A stretch of DNA of 64,000 nt. Origin: Octopus sinensis. Lineage: Eukaryota. The stretch spans positions 31,372,001-31,436,000 of the forward strand of contig NC_043003.1 in NCBI RefSeq assembly GCF_006345805.1, given 5' to 3'. Positions 11,470 through 23,740 of this stretch are shown here, piece after piece (within the stretch, counting starts at the first letter, position 1; each line of letters opens with the position of its first letter). Both the position numbers and the translations under genes were made by a program. The notes under the pieces were generated by a model. The model was not told the origin of the DNA. It saw only the letters and a list, made by a program, of their open reading frames with translations, and did no database searches.

Positions 11470-12290
11470 ATGTTTTTCCCATTCATCTCGATCTTCCATA
11501 ATGTTCCTCACCTCCTGTACCACTTCCATACCAGTATCTTCTAGCATATCGTCGATCTAGGTCGTCTTCCTCCTTCCTCTCCTGGTTCTTCCTTCCGTTG
11601 GTTGCCAGAGCACTAGCTTGTTAGCAATTTTATCGCTATGTCTGATGTAGTGTCCAGCTAGCCTCACCCTTCTACGCTGTATCTTTAATGTTACTTTTGG
11701 TAGACCCTGGTATAAGTCGGCGTTTGTTGTATGACTCTTCCAGGAGACATTGAGTGCCGTTCTAAGCATTCTCATATAACAACCGTCCAACTGCTTCTTC
11801 AATGCTTTAGTGAGGCTCCATATTCCAGCTCCGTAAAGAACTACAGACTCCACCGTTGCCAGAAGCAACCTTACTTTCAATTTCGTTGCTAACTTTGAGC
11901 TCCATACATTTCTCAATTTATGGCATGCCCTCCAGGCTAGAGCTTTCCTTGCTATAATATCTTTTTCAGTACTTTGTGTCCACGCACTAAGGTATTTGAA
12001 ATTTTCAACTACCTCGAGCGACTTATCGTCTCTCACTTTCACTGACACGGGCTTTTCGTGGTTGAATACTTGCAGCTCTGTTTTCTTTGCGTTACAGTAC
12101 GATTCTACCTTCCACGATTCCTGTTCTAATCTGCTCAGCACCTCCTGTGTCTGATCTGTCCTCTCTGTTAGTAATACCAGGTCATAAGCATTTTGTAGGT
12201 CAGTTTCTGTTACTGCTTGACGCCGTCTACTTCTTTGCTTATGCAGTTTGAATCCCAGTTCTTCTTCCTCATTTAAGTAAGTGGATAGCG
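11470..12290 (-). pseudogene. RTE-clade LINE reverse transcriptase C-terminal relic
   Basis: 194-aa ORF with VENFKYL, ESVVLYGAGIW, LDGCYMRMLR..LNVSW, RLAGH, GRTRRGR; upstream DLQNAYDL at the YADD position; continues past a stop as IDDMLEDTG..MEDRDEW. Confidence 0.85.
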
Positions 12291-13123
12291 TATGTGCATA
12301 TGTTTATAACTATATGTAGTTTTTGAGTGTATGATATCACAGTCTCACATTATCGACAAGACCGTTAGACGTTGTTACAAACTGGTTGTCACATTTCGCA
12401 TCCAATTCTATCTTGATTGTACCATTTTTTTCCGTTTTGACCAGAATTGCTTGACTAAATTGGTTTCGCATCGTCGTGGAGGCCTTCTAAGTGGTCTTTT
12501 CCAGTTTCCAAGTGTATATATAGCGTTAATGTGCATGCAGCTGTAGTTATGTGGACATGCATGTTATATAGTGTAAATATCTATGTGAGTGTGTGTGTGG
12601 ATAGGTATATGGTGGTTGGAGGTTGTGATGGCATTTTCATCTATCTGTGTGTGATACAAAGTTTTACAAACGTGCATTTGTTCGCGTTTCTGCTCCTTTT
12701 CTCATACCTTGCTAGGATTCACAAGAAGGAAGTGTAAATCTCTTACAATGAACCCATCTTCAATATTCTTGAAATTCACCGGGTTAGTCTGTTCAATTTT
12801 CCTGTAAAAAGTGTTTACATTTAATAAGCATTACTGTGAGATTCATAAAATAAGTGAAAAAAGGAACACACCATTTGTGAAGTATTAATTATACCACATC
12901 GTCGCGATAAGAGGCAGTAGACAACGTGTGGTACTTGCATTTGCATGAATTTACGGAGAACGTAAAGGATGGACAAAATAACGTACGTTTTGTAGCCAAA
13001 ACAATGTTTGTTACAGGTAATAGGCCCTAAGCAGATTTTATGTGTCAAAAGTTACGTAACAAACATTGTTTTAGCTATGAAACATTCGTAGTCAGTACTT
13101 ACCTTTTCCTTTCTTACCTTCTC

Positions 13124-13158
<35 letters not shown>

Positions 13159-13201
13159 GTGTGTGTGTCTATATATATATATAATATAATATATATATAT
13201 A

Positions 13202-13253
<52 letters not shown>

Positions 13254-13679
13254 AAAATATGTATATAATGTATATAATGTATATATGTATATATATGTAT
13301 ATATGTATATAATGGCGGTGCCCCAGCATGGCCACAGCTCATAAGCTGAAACTAGAATCAATCAATCATATATATATATAAAATATATATGTATATATAT
13401 ATAATATATATATGATATATATATGTATATATAAAATTAATTAAGGGTAGAAATTGATATTTATCAATTAAGACCAGTGGTCTAGCATATTAAAAAAGAA
13501 TCCGAAGATTAAAATATTTATATATACCAATTAAGGACTGAACACGAAAAGTGGACAGTCAACATGCTAGATATAGACGTCAAATCGCCATTCACCACAA
13601 AAGATTATGTTCTCAGATCAAACTCAACACAAAACCATAGCAATAAACAAGTGAAAAATATACGAAATAAAATAATTAT

Positions 13680-13744
13680 CCATGTACTAAATTAGTTTCA
13701 GCTGTTATTTTCCGCAAGGAAAACTGCAGCCATCATCAGCATGG
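13680..13744 (-). ncRNA. Type I hammerhead ribozyme motif (left arm)
   Basis: ccatg-CTGATGA-t-ggctg..ttttcc(ttgc)ggaaaa..cagct-GAAA-cta(att)tag-TA-catgg; helices I, II and III can all form. Confidence 0.75.
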
Positions 13745-13769
13745 TCCGTTATATTACATTTATAACGGA

Positions 13770-13834
13770 CCATGCTGATGATGGCTGCAGTTTTCCTTGC
13801 GGAAAATAACAGCTGAAACTAATTATGTACATGG
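13770..13834 (+). ncRNA. Type I hammerhead ribozyme motif (right arm)
   Basis: Mirror copy of 13680-13744; helix III reduced to C-G plus a TAATTA palindromic loop; GTA cleavage triplet at 13827-13829. Confidence 0.7.
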
Positions 13835-14154
13835 GTAATTATTTTATTTCGTATATTTTTCACTTGTTTATTGCTATGGTTTTGTGTTGAGTTTGATCTG
13901 AGAACATATCTTTTGTGGTGAATGGCGATTTGACGTCTATATCTAGCATGTTGACTGTCCACTTTTCGTGTTCAGTCCTTAATTGGTATATATGTATATA
14001 TATAATATATATATATGTATATATTATATATATATATATAATTATATATATAATATATATATATATATATTATATATATATATATATATCTATATATAAT
14101 ATATCTATATATATTATATACGTATATATATGTATATATATATAGATATATAAG

Positions 14155-14232
<78 letters not shown>

Positions 14233-14947
14233 GTATATATATAATATTTATATAAATATATTTATACATATAATATAAACGTATCTGTATATATATATTA
14301 TATATATATATATATATATCCATATCCATACACATATATATATGCATTTGTGTCTATATATCTATATGTATGTGTGTGTGTGTATGTAGATATATGTATA
14401 CACACATACAATATATAATACATATGCACGTACACACACGCACTCACACTTGTACGCGCGCGCACACACACTTGTACGCGCGCGCACACACACTTGTACG
14501 CACGCGCACACACGCGCGTAACGTTACTGAGCCAAGCTGCTATGTTAAGAAATCAAAAGAAAAGGAAATTACAAATGCTATCTTGAAGTCATGAGATTTT
14601 ATGAATGAGTTTGTAGTAAATGAAATTAATAATGAATGAAATCGTTAAGTTAAGGAATTAAAACTTCGTTCTCTTGATGGTTTCCACAGACAGAATTCAT
14701 TAATTGAAAGGTGAATGTGTCATCACCGATAACCTTTAATATGTTGCTATTGAAATTCTCATATATTCCTCTTGAACACGTGATATGGAGATCACTTCCT
14801 AGAAACAAAATAGTAGTAGTAGTAGTTTCGACGTTCGTCGAAAGGTGTCTGCAACATCATGCTTCGTTAAGTTTGTGTTCTGTTTCAGAGAGTGTGGCAT
14901 AAAATTACGCTGATAAGGAATAAATGTAATATATAGAGTTCGGTAAG

Positions 14948-15176
14948 GAGACGAGCTGGCAGAAACGTTAGCACGCCGGGCGAAATGCTCAGCGGTATTT
15001 CGTCTGCCGTTACGTTCTGAGTTCAAATTCCGCCGAGGTCGACTTTGCCTTTATCCTTTCGGGATCGATAAATTAAGTACCAGTTACGCCCTGGGGTCGA
15101 TGTAACCAACTTAATCCGTTTGTCTGTCCTTATTTGTCCCCTCTATGTTTAGCCCCTTGTGGGCAATAAAGAAATA
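14948..15176 (+). mobile_element. SINE family B with a Tx1-like 3' tail
   Basis: Head GAGCTGGCAGAAACGTTAG, B box GAGTTCAAATTCC, core GTCGACTTTGCC..GATAAATTAAGTACCAG, tail AGCCCCTTGTGGGCAATAAAGAAATA. Confidence 0.85.
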
Positions 15177-15376
15177 AGAAACGTTAACTCGCTGGGCGAA
15201 AAGCCTAGCAGTATTTCGTCTGTCTTTACGTTGTGAGTTCAAATCCCGTCGAGGTCGACTTTGCCTTTATCATTTCGGAATCGATAAAAATTGAGTACTA
15301 GTTGCATACTGAGGTCGATCTAGTCAACTGACCCACTCACCCAAAATTTCTGGCCTTTTGCCTAATAGTAGAAAAG
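15177..15376 (+). mobile_element. SINE family B, second copy with a different tail
   Basis: Starts at AGAAACGTTA; same core; tail CCCAAAATTTCTGGCCTTTTGCCTAATAGTAGAAAAG. Confidence 0.8.
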
Positions 15377-15910
15377 AGTGTATATTGCTATTGAAATTCT
15401 CATATTTTCCTCTTAACACGACATATGGAGATCAGTGGTAGTAGTAGAAGTATGCGTCAGTCGAAAGGTATCTGCAACATAATGCTTCGTTAAGTTTGTG
15501 TGATCTTTCAGGGTGGGTGGCATAAAATTACACCGATAAGGAATAGATGTAATATATAGTGTTCTGTGTGTGTGTGTGTGTGTGTAACATCAAAAGAAAA
15601 GGCCATATCTGATTGTCAGTAACTCTTATAACAATGCATAGTAAAACTGTTACATATAATGATGAATGGAATCTGTGTTCATTAGAGGGCGTACACACTG
15701 TGTGAGAGAATAATCAAAGAAAATGGGAAGAAAAGTTGAGAAGGGTGAGGGAAAGGTAGAAAGAGGTAAATATTGGAAAGTAGGAGATTGGACATTAATC
15801 TATGAATTCTAGACTGTATTCTATATTTGATGAGCTTCAAGAGAAAAAGGAACGTTATATAGGAATCAACGAAAATGATGAATTGTATCTTTGATGATGT
15901 GGTCTTAGAA

Positions 15911-15967
<57 letters not shown>

Positions 15968-16696
15968 CTCCACATATACACACATATACATGCACTCAAG
16001 TTCCCCCCATCTACAGTTGTATAGTCGTGGACACACACCCTTGCCTATAGATACACACATATTAGATTTATACAGTTTGAACTATTCTCTCTCTCTCTCT
16101 CTCTCTCTACATATTCATTTATGCGCACATTCACGCACACACACATACACGCGCACACATTTATGTATAGGTGTATATGGATTGTCAGTTAAATTCATTT
16201 GTTTGTTTTTTTTGTTGTTGCTCTGTTTGTTACTCCATCATCATTTGTCTGAAAAGAGGTAAAATTTATTGAAATTTCAGAAAAAACAAACAAGTCGCGG
16301 AAGAATAGAGATACAAACAAAAAAAACCATATAAAACACTACGGAAAAAAGTATTTTTCATGTAAATTCAAAAAGCATTAGAAAGGATTGTATTGACAAA
16401 CTCTCCCTCTCCCCCATATATATATATATATATAAACAAGAAGGGTAGTAATATTATTTACTACCAGGTGCCCAGCACAAAAGACGAATTAGTCATAAGA
16501 CAAAAATATTATTCATATAGAAAAATATTATTCATGTAGTTATACAATTAAGGGCTCCTAAATAAAGATGCCGAGTGCTGGGAACACAAAAAGGGGATGA
16601 ATTTATCGAGAGTGAAAATCAAAAACGTTTACCGATAACTTTAACAACTCGTACCGCGGTTTCTGCTTCTTTCTAGCAAAACACAGAATATGTTTG

Positions 16697-16737
<41 letters not shown>

Positions 16738-16793
16738 AACAGAATGAGACAAAAATCCAAGGCAGTGAAAAATTTTAGAACATTTATAACGAG

Positions 16794-16841
16794 ATCTTAC
16801 AGATGTTTCCGAGATATTTTATATATCCCTTCATTGGAGAC
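16794..16841 (-). ncRNA. Degenerate hammerhead motif
   Basis: gtct-CCAATGA-a-gggat..atctc-g-GAAAC-atct-GTA-agat; core mutated; same layout as 4151-4202. Confidence 0.45.
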
Positions 16842-17854
16842 GGTATGTGAACATCATTAAGCAATAGTTATTCTAGATAAGATATGAAATAGAGAGTGAA
16901 GTGGAGGAATGAAAATAGATGTGAGATATGCAGGGATACTGTTTCTGCAGTTCCATTATTTAAGCAGAATTGCATACATATAATATTCCTGTGTAAGTTC
17001 CAATAGTATTTAAAATTGGTCATTCCAAGTATAGAGTTTGTAAACGGTGTTATTGAATCGAGGTCTTTTTTTGAAGTAACTTAAAAGTTGGGAATGTGTT
17101 TGTAAGGTCAAATCACAAACAGGGAGAGAGGAAAAAAGGAAAAGAAAAAAGTGGGGAGAGAGATAATAAAGAAAAGAAGAGACGGAAAGTGTAGAGGTTA
17201 GTGGTCAGTCAGGATAAATTGATAGCAGGAATGTGGAGGTGAGGGTGATAGAGAGAGAAATATATGAGTTGTAAAGAGATGAGAGGGTAAAAAGTAAAGG
17301 AGTGTCAGGTATGTAGTGATAGAGCCTAAGTGAGGGGCAGAGAAAGGGGGGTGGGGTAGTAAAATGGTGGAATGAAGAATTTGGGAATATACGTTAGGTT
17401 GCTTAGAGGACAGGTCTGAGCATTAGTAGTAGAACAATATATATATGTGAAAATGTATACACATGCGTATATTAAACATGTATATAGATATTTATAGACG
17501 TCAACACCTACACATACAACACATACTCATATGTATATGTATATACGCACACTCATATATACATGAATCTGTATTATCATCCCTACTCACGCAGGTATAC
17601 ATACCTTTCATACATACATAGACACATACACACACACACACGCATACATATACACATGCACACGTACATATGTATGTACGCATTTATATACAAATACAAT
17701 TAAATGATTGTGATCTGCAAGTATGAAAGAGGAATTAGATAGGGATTAGGAGTTAAAATGTAGATTTATAAGGTTATTGGGATTATAAGGGCTATTGTGG
17801 AAATATACTGTATGGTCATTTAGGCATTTGGATTAGTGGTAGAATGTGAATGTG

Positions 17855-18200
17855 TGAAAAAAGCAGTGTTTCATGTGCTTTGTGTCTCATTATGTTTATT
17901 TAGCAGTGTTGGAGAGTTGTGCCCTAATATGTGAAGCGCCTCGTTCAGGTAAAGCTTGCAGATTGAGCGTTGACTTCGGTAAGGAAGCCCTAGATACAGT
18001 ATGGACCATGATAAAGTTTAGGGTATATTTATATTTTTGAGATTATGTATGTGGTTGGCGAGTGTTGTAGATTAACTATGTTTATCGCATCTAAAATAAT
18101 GAAGATGAGCGTCATATCGTTGCTTAAAATCTTTGGTTTATCCTATGTATATGGCTATGGAGTTGTGTGATAGATTAAGGACAATGCATTTGTAAATTGC
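17855..18200 (-). pseudogene. Penelope-type GIY-YIG endonuclease relic
   Basis: Manual translation: IYIG*TKDFKQRYDAHLHYFR...STTLANHIHNLK...LSWSIL..GLPYRSQRSICKLYLNEALHILGHNSPTLLNKHNE, in frame with stops. Confidence 0.8.
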
Positions 18201-18209
18201 ATTATATCT

Positions 18210-18650
18210 ACTGCAATGGGTTTGTAACGGGCGGATGGCAGTTGTAATCTTCGCAGCTGTGATAGTAGATGTTCAACTTAAACCCATATCTCAGAGATTT
18301 TGGGACCTTGCACAATTGCGTGCAGAATGGTTTCCCTGTCCTGCTCGCATCTTGGGCACGTGGGTGCACAACTGGTACCATGCTTTGCGAGTTTATATCG
18401 CAAACTGGTAAGGCTCCTCGGTAACACTGCCAGGCCAGGGAACTCTGGAAGTTATCCAAGGGTCCTGGCACGAATGTCCTTTAGAACAGACAGGCTAGTT
18501 GACCCTCATCGAAGCCTAGAGTTTACTCCCCAGGACGTCGTCACATTGAGCTTCTACCAACCCTACATAGAAAGACGAGGTGGAACCCCAGCCGCTGGCG
18601 TTAACCGTGAGACAGAGAAGCTTGAATGCCTCACCACACTCCGCTTGCCA
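18210..18650 (-). pseudogene. Fragment of a second, diverged Tx1-like ORF2 (zinc finger region)
   Basis: PGPLDNFQSSLAWQCYRGALPV matches PGPMDNFQRSLAWRCYREALPV of the intact ORF2; DNA similarity to ~44900-45310. Confidence 0.85.
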
Positions 18651-19439
18651 ATATAGCGAAATATTTATCATGAAAATGTGCAATATTTCGTATTTAATCT
18701 TTTCTTACTAGCATATTTGTTGTCACAATAATCAATAGAGTTTTGCAATATCGATGAAACAATCGATATTTCTCGTATGTTCTTTTTTTCACTGAAATGA
18801 AGGAAATCAATGCGTTAAGAAACCTACAGATATTACACTGATTGGATTAGATTAAGGGTTTTCTCGTTTCAATGTATAGCATATTAAACGGTTGGAGCAT
18901 CAAAAAGAACAGAATGTTCGTATACACCGGGATGAGAAGATTTTTTTATGAACTTGAAAGGCGGCATCAAATACAATCTAATAAGACCACATTAAAAGAG
19001 AAAATTTGAAGCAACCAGAAAAATGTAAATTACATTTTTTTTTGCAAAAAATGTAATACTTATTAAAGTAAGGAATAAAAAATACAAACTAATGTGATTT
19101 TAGACATTTTATTGATTTTGTTTTGAGGTTTTAAGAAGGTTGTTTCTGTTTTATATGGCAGTACTAGAATATTCGGATTCAGTTTTGGTACATCACAATT
19201 TAACATGGTCTTCCAGATGCTTATGTGTTACTAGATAACTTAAAGGCATTTTAGTTTTCATTAGAAGATGAGTCCCCAACATTAAATGACTGAGAAATAA
19301 ATGCTTATATGCCAAAATAGTCTCGCTCTGAAGTTTGTATTGAAAGGCGTCAAAGATGATAGGTATAAGCAGTTGGGAAGTCAGACTCAATTTACAGCAT
19401 TTGGTTTAGTGCCTTTACATTTTGAGTTCAAATTCTGGC

Positions 19440-19660
19440 TTTACATTTTGATTTCACATTTTGACACAAGGTCAGCAATTTCGGGGGAGGGGGTAAGTGG
19501 TTTACATCGACTCCAGTGCTCAACTGGTACTCATTTTTTGACTCCGAAAAGATGAAAGGCAAAGTCGATCTCTGTGGAATTTGAACTCAGAACGCACAGA
19601 CGGCGAAATACCGCTAAGCATTTTGCCTGGTGTGCTAACGATTCAGCCAGCTAGCCGCCT
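19440..19660 (-). mobile_element. SINE family B
   Basis: Reverse complement of the head and core, with a CCCCCTCCCCCGAAATTGCTGACCTTGTG tail. Confidence 0.8.
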
Positions 19661-20037
19661 TAAAAAAGGGGGTTGGTGTCTTGTTCACGCAGAAATACTA
19701 ACCTGGTCACTTACCCCATTCATTTGGCTTCCCACATTATCAACCTGAAACGAATATGAATAACAGACATATACAGAGAGCACTTGAAAGAATGACAGAC
19801 CGTGAGGCAAACCCTTAATGCATCTATTTGATGCTATTTACTTTCCGTTCAAATCAGACCAAGGTAAACATTTTCCTTTAAATTTTCTTTCCAGGAAGGA
19901 AAAGTCAAATATTAGTTCAATTTATAGTCTCATACCATACATTAAAATTTGAATGGAATTCTAACACTTGATTACATCTTCTACCCAATAATTCATTGAT
20001 CTTAAAACTGATAAAAAGGAACTGTGTAATAATATTC

Positions 20038-20082
<45 letters not shown>

Positions 20083-20225
20083 ATATAATAAATATAAAAA
20101 TATTATTATTATTATATTTCTATATGAATAATATTTTGCCTAATGACTAATTGGTCTTTTGTGCTAGTCCACTGGTAATAATAATCTATGTTATTACCCT
20201 TTTTGATTATTCACACACACACATA

Positions 20226-20319
<94 letters not shown>

Positions 20320-20941
20320 TAAGTGAAACGATGCTGAATGATTATATATATATATATATATATATATATCATTCAGCATTGTTCGCTTAGTCCCGAAAAA
20401 TTATCGATTTCGCTACAGCCGAAGAACCAATGTTAAAATGGAAGTTGAAAAGTAGAAACATTTGAAGTTCTGAAGTTAAATACACTGGCCAGTGACAAAA
20501 TATGATGCAATATGCTGATGATGTAATACAAGCTGCTGATATGTTCACTGATGGCTCTGTATCCTATCAACTTTGATTTCTCTTCAAAGAACAGATAAAA
20601 TATGAAAAAGTATATTTGCATTGACAAACACAGCTCATTGCCAAACATGACACATTACCCAGTAAAACTGGCGCAGAAAATACATTTGATCTTGTCTAAT
20701 TCACAAAGAGCGTAGTTTCTCACAGAATATTTCCAGAAATATTGGCTGTTCTGAAGACAGCTGAGTGTCTTCGCCAAGTATATTGCCAGTGCCGGTGAGA
20801 TTATGAACAATTGTACTACATACAGTTGATACGCCAACGACTTATCGATTGGATCAGCACCGAATAATGTGAGGACAATAAAATAAATTTAAACAAAATT
20901 TTGTATATGAAAAGTGAGCACGTCATACACACACACACACG

Positions 20942-21005
<64 letters not shown>

Positions 21006-21049
21006 CACATATATATATGTATGTATGTATATATGAAATTTATATTATA

Positions 21050-21170
21050 GAAAAACAGAAGACGAAGACAGGTGTATGAAAAAAAAAACAAGTATATTAG
21101 TTTGACGCTCGGGAAAGTGAAAACTCTTTTACGCTTCGAGCCTACGTTCTTCAACAGAAAGGAATAAGAG
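21050..21170 (-). mobile_element. Penelope-like terminal fragment with a degenerate ultra-minimal hammerhead (21126-21161)
   Basis: cttt-CTGTTGA-a-gaac(gtag)gctc-GAAGC-GTA-aaag; shares AACAAGTATA..GACGCTC.GGAAAG with 54340-54380. Confidence 0.45.
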
Positions 21171-21445
21171 AGAGAGAGAGGGAGAGAGAGAGAGAGCGAG
21201 AGAGAGAGAGCGAGAGAGAGGAGAGAGAGAGAGAGAGAGAGAATAAAAAAAACTTGTGGATTTAGCGGTCAAGAAATATAAATACATTGTGTGAACTGCA
21301 CACTTCAAAACTTTCACTAAAATTACTACCTAATTTTATTGCAAGTTGATGCAGCTAGTTTATCCTCTCCTCTCTGACTTTTAGTTCATGCAATTGAAAA
21401 AACCGCATTATTTATGGGATGACCCAATACACACACACACACACA

Positions 21446-21494
<49 letters not shown>

Positions 21495-21618
21495 GCCACC
21501 TACATACACGCACATACACACATATTTAAAACATACATATTTATGTATGTATATCATTTTCAGTATATTTCAACATTTCCTGACAATAAAGAACCGGTTC
21601 TAACCTAGATCCAAGGCA

Positions 21619-21691
<73 letters not shown>

Positions 21692-21864
21692 GTATTAATT
21701 TATCTATCTATCTGTCTGTCTGTCTGTCTGTAGTAGAAACTGTACAGTTGTTAAGGAACTTTTATACTCAGTAGTATTGCTAGTTATAAGGTACAGAGAA
21801 AATATACGATAAAAGATAAGACAAGTTTGTTCTCGCCATCCATCCTGATATATATGGATGGATA

Positions 21865-21922
<58 letters not shown>

Positions 21923-21977
21923 ATATATATATATACATATACATACCGATCCTCGTATATACAGCATTTAAAGCTAT

Positions 21978-22478
21978 GTTCAAATTAAATTATGTAACGA
22001 TTTACCTGTATAAGCTCAATATATATATCCTCAGGTGATACTCAGTTGCTGTCTCCGTAAGTAAATCTAGATTTCCATGCTACAACATCCATGGCTTCTT
22101 CTTTGAACATATGTACATATATTTTATTAATATATGCATATATGTGTGTACGTGTCTGCGCAAGGAAACACTCAGTGATGTATGGTATATCGGTGTGTAA
22201 GTGATTGTATAAGTATGAGCTAATGGATGAACGTATTTTGTGTAATGGTACAGTTTGGCATGTGCAGAATAACATATTGAAACTGAATAAATTGCAGCTC
22301 ATGTCGAATGTGGTAACACACCCATACCGAGCGAATTAAAACCGTCAGCGTTTGTTAGTTTCAAAGAAGAAGCCAAGGAAGTTGTGGTATGGAAATCTAG
22401 ATTTACTTAACGAGACAGCAACTGAGTATCGCCTGAGGAGATACATATAGGTAAAGCGTTACATAATTTAATTTAAAC
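21978..22478. repeat. Inverted repeats of ~125 bp (21978-22107 / 22360-22478) around a ~250-bp spacer
   Basis: Reverse-complement match, e.g. GATACTCAGTTGCTGTCTC and AAGTAAATCTAGATTTCCAT. Confidence 0.9.
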
Positions 22479-22722
22479 TAAACTTTAAATCCCGTATATA
22501 CGAAGATCTGTATGTATCGAAACAGTTGTAGTGATTAAAAAGCTGCCTAACCGTACTTACTCTTCCTTTTGACTCTTTTACTCTTTAATTTTTATTTTCA
22601 CACACGAGGAATACATAAGACTAGAATTGGTAGCATACCATAAGAATACTACTGGCTATTTGGGAATTCTAACGGTGAACGAACTCTATTTGTACTTATA
22701 CGTTCTTAACAGAACACACCTC

Positions 22723-22814
<92 letters not shown>

Positions 22815-23691
22815 TATTATATATATATATATGCATACACATGCACACCACACACACACATTACAAGCACACACACACATATATGTTATTACTCTGTCAA
22901 GGTAAGATACAAAAAGGGTACACCATCCGGTGAGAGATAAGTATTGTTTGATGTACACAGTATATAGTTATCAGTCAAAAATAAATTCATACATTGTTAT
23001 ACAGGCAGGTTTTATTAATATATCTAGTCTTTCTAAGTAATCTTCGGGTTCTGAAAACATGGCCAATAGAAGTTACAAACCAGGACAATAGAACAAGAAA
23101 ATCACGAGAGATAACGAAAGGAATGTAAATGCAAAATTTGGAAGCGTGGAAAAGAAACTGAAAAAGATGATAATTAGAGTTATGTCCTCGTTGATTGTGA
23201 AGTCATAAAGCTAGTTGGTAAAGAATCGCTGAAGGGATACAAAACTTGCGATGCAGCTGCTCAGTCCGGAGAAAGTGGTGTTCTCCAATCCGCAAAAGAA
23301 TAACAAAAAAAAAGAAAAGAAAAAAACTTGTCCATATGTTTGTATTTACCGAAAATTTCTGATCCGGAATTCAGTAATGTTGGTGGAATCTTTAGATCTA
23401 AAAGGATATGTGATTTTCATTTACACGTAACTTGAATTTTTTTTCAGATCGATTAACATGGAATTTTTCTACAAATTTCCACTTGATTCTATGTTATGTA
23501 GAGTTAACCTTCAAGCCCCATACATGGCTAGCAAACGTTATGGCTTTACTTATGTCCATGTACCAGAAAGGAAATAGATCGTTAGTATACAGTCTTTTAA
23601 AGTAGCTTTCGCATAACTTAGTATAATTATTTTCAATTAGATTATCATGCAGTGTTGCTATAGATTCTGCCACATATATAACGGAGGTTAT

Positions 23692-23740
<49 letters not shown>

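Larger units (their letters stand above)
13430..13993. mobile_element. Penelope-like fold-back element, ~232-bp arms and 7-nt loop
   Basis: 13522-13753 is the reverse complement of 13761-13992; (TA)n flanks; related copy at 28391-28997. Confidence 0.85.
14744..15564 (+). repeat. ~190-bp diverged direct repeats (14744-14941 and 15385-15564) bracketing two SINEs
   Basis: Shared TTGCTATTGAAATTCTCATAT...ATGCTTCGTTAAGTTTGTG...GTGGCATAAAATTAC...AATATATAG. Confidence 0.85.
16735..18200 (-). mobile_element. Decayed Penelope-like element (GIY-YIG relic, 3' UTR, terminal hammerhead-like motif)
   Basis: See the GIY-YIG call; the terminal part is homologous to 4105-4275. Confidence 0.65.

Noticed and set aside
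20490-20570. Peptide MQYADDVIQAADMFTDGS, with RT-like YADD and RNase H-like FTDGS
   Set aside because: The motifs are only 8 residues apart in a ~25-codon frame with no other RT motifs; chance, or a relic I cannot assign.
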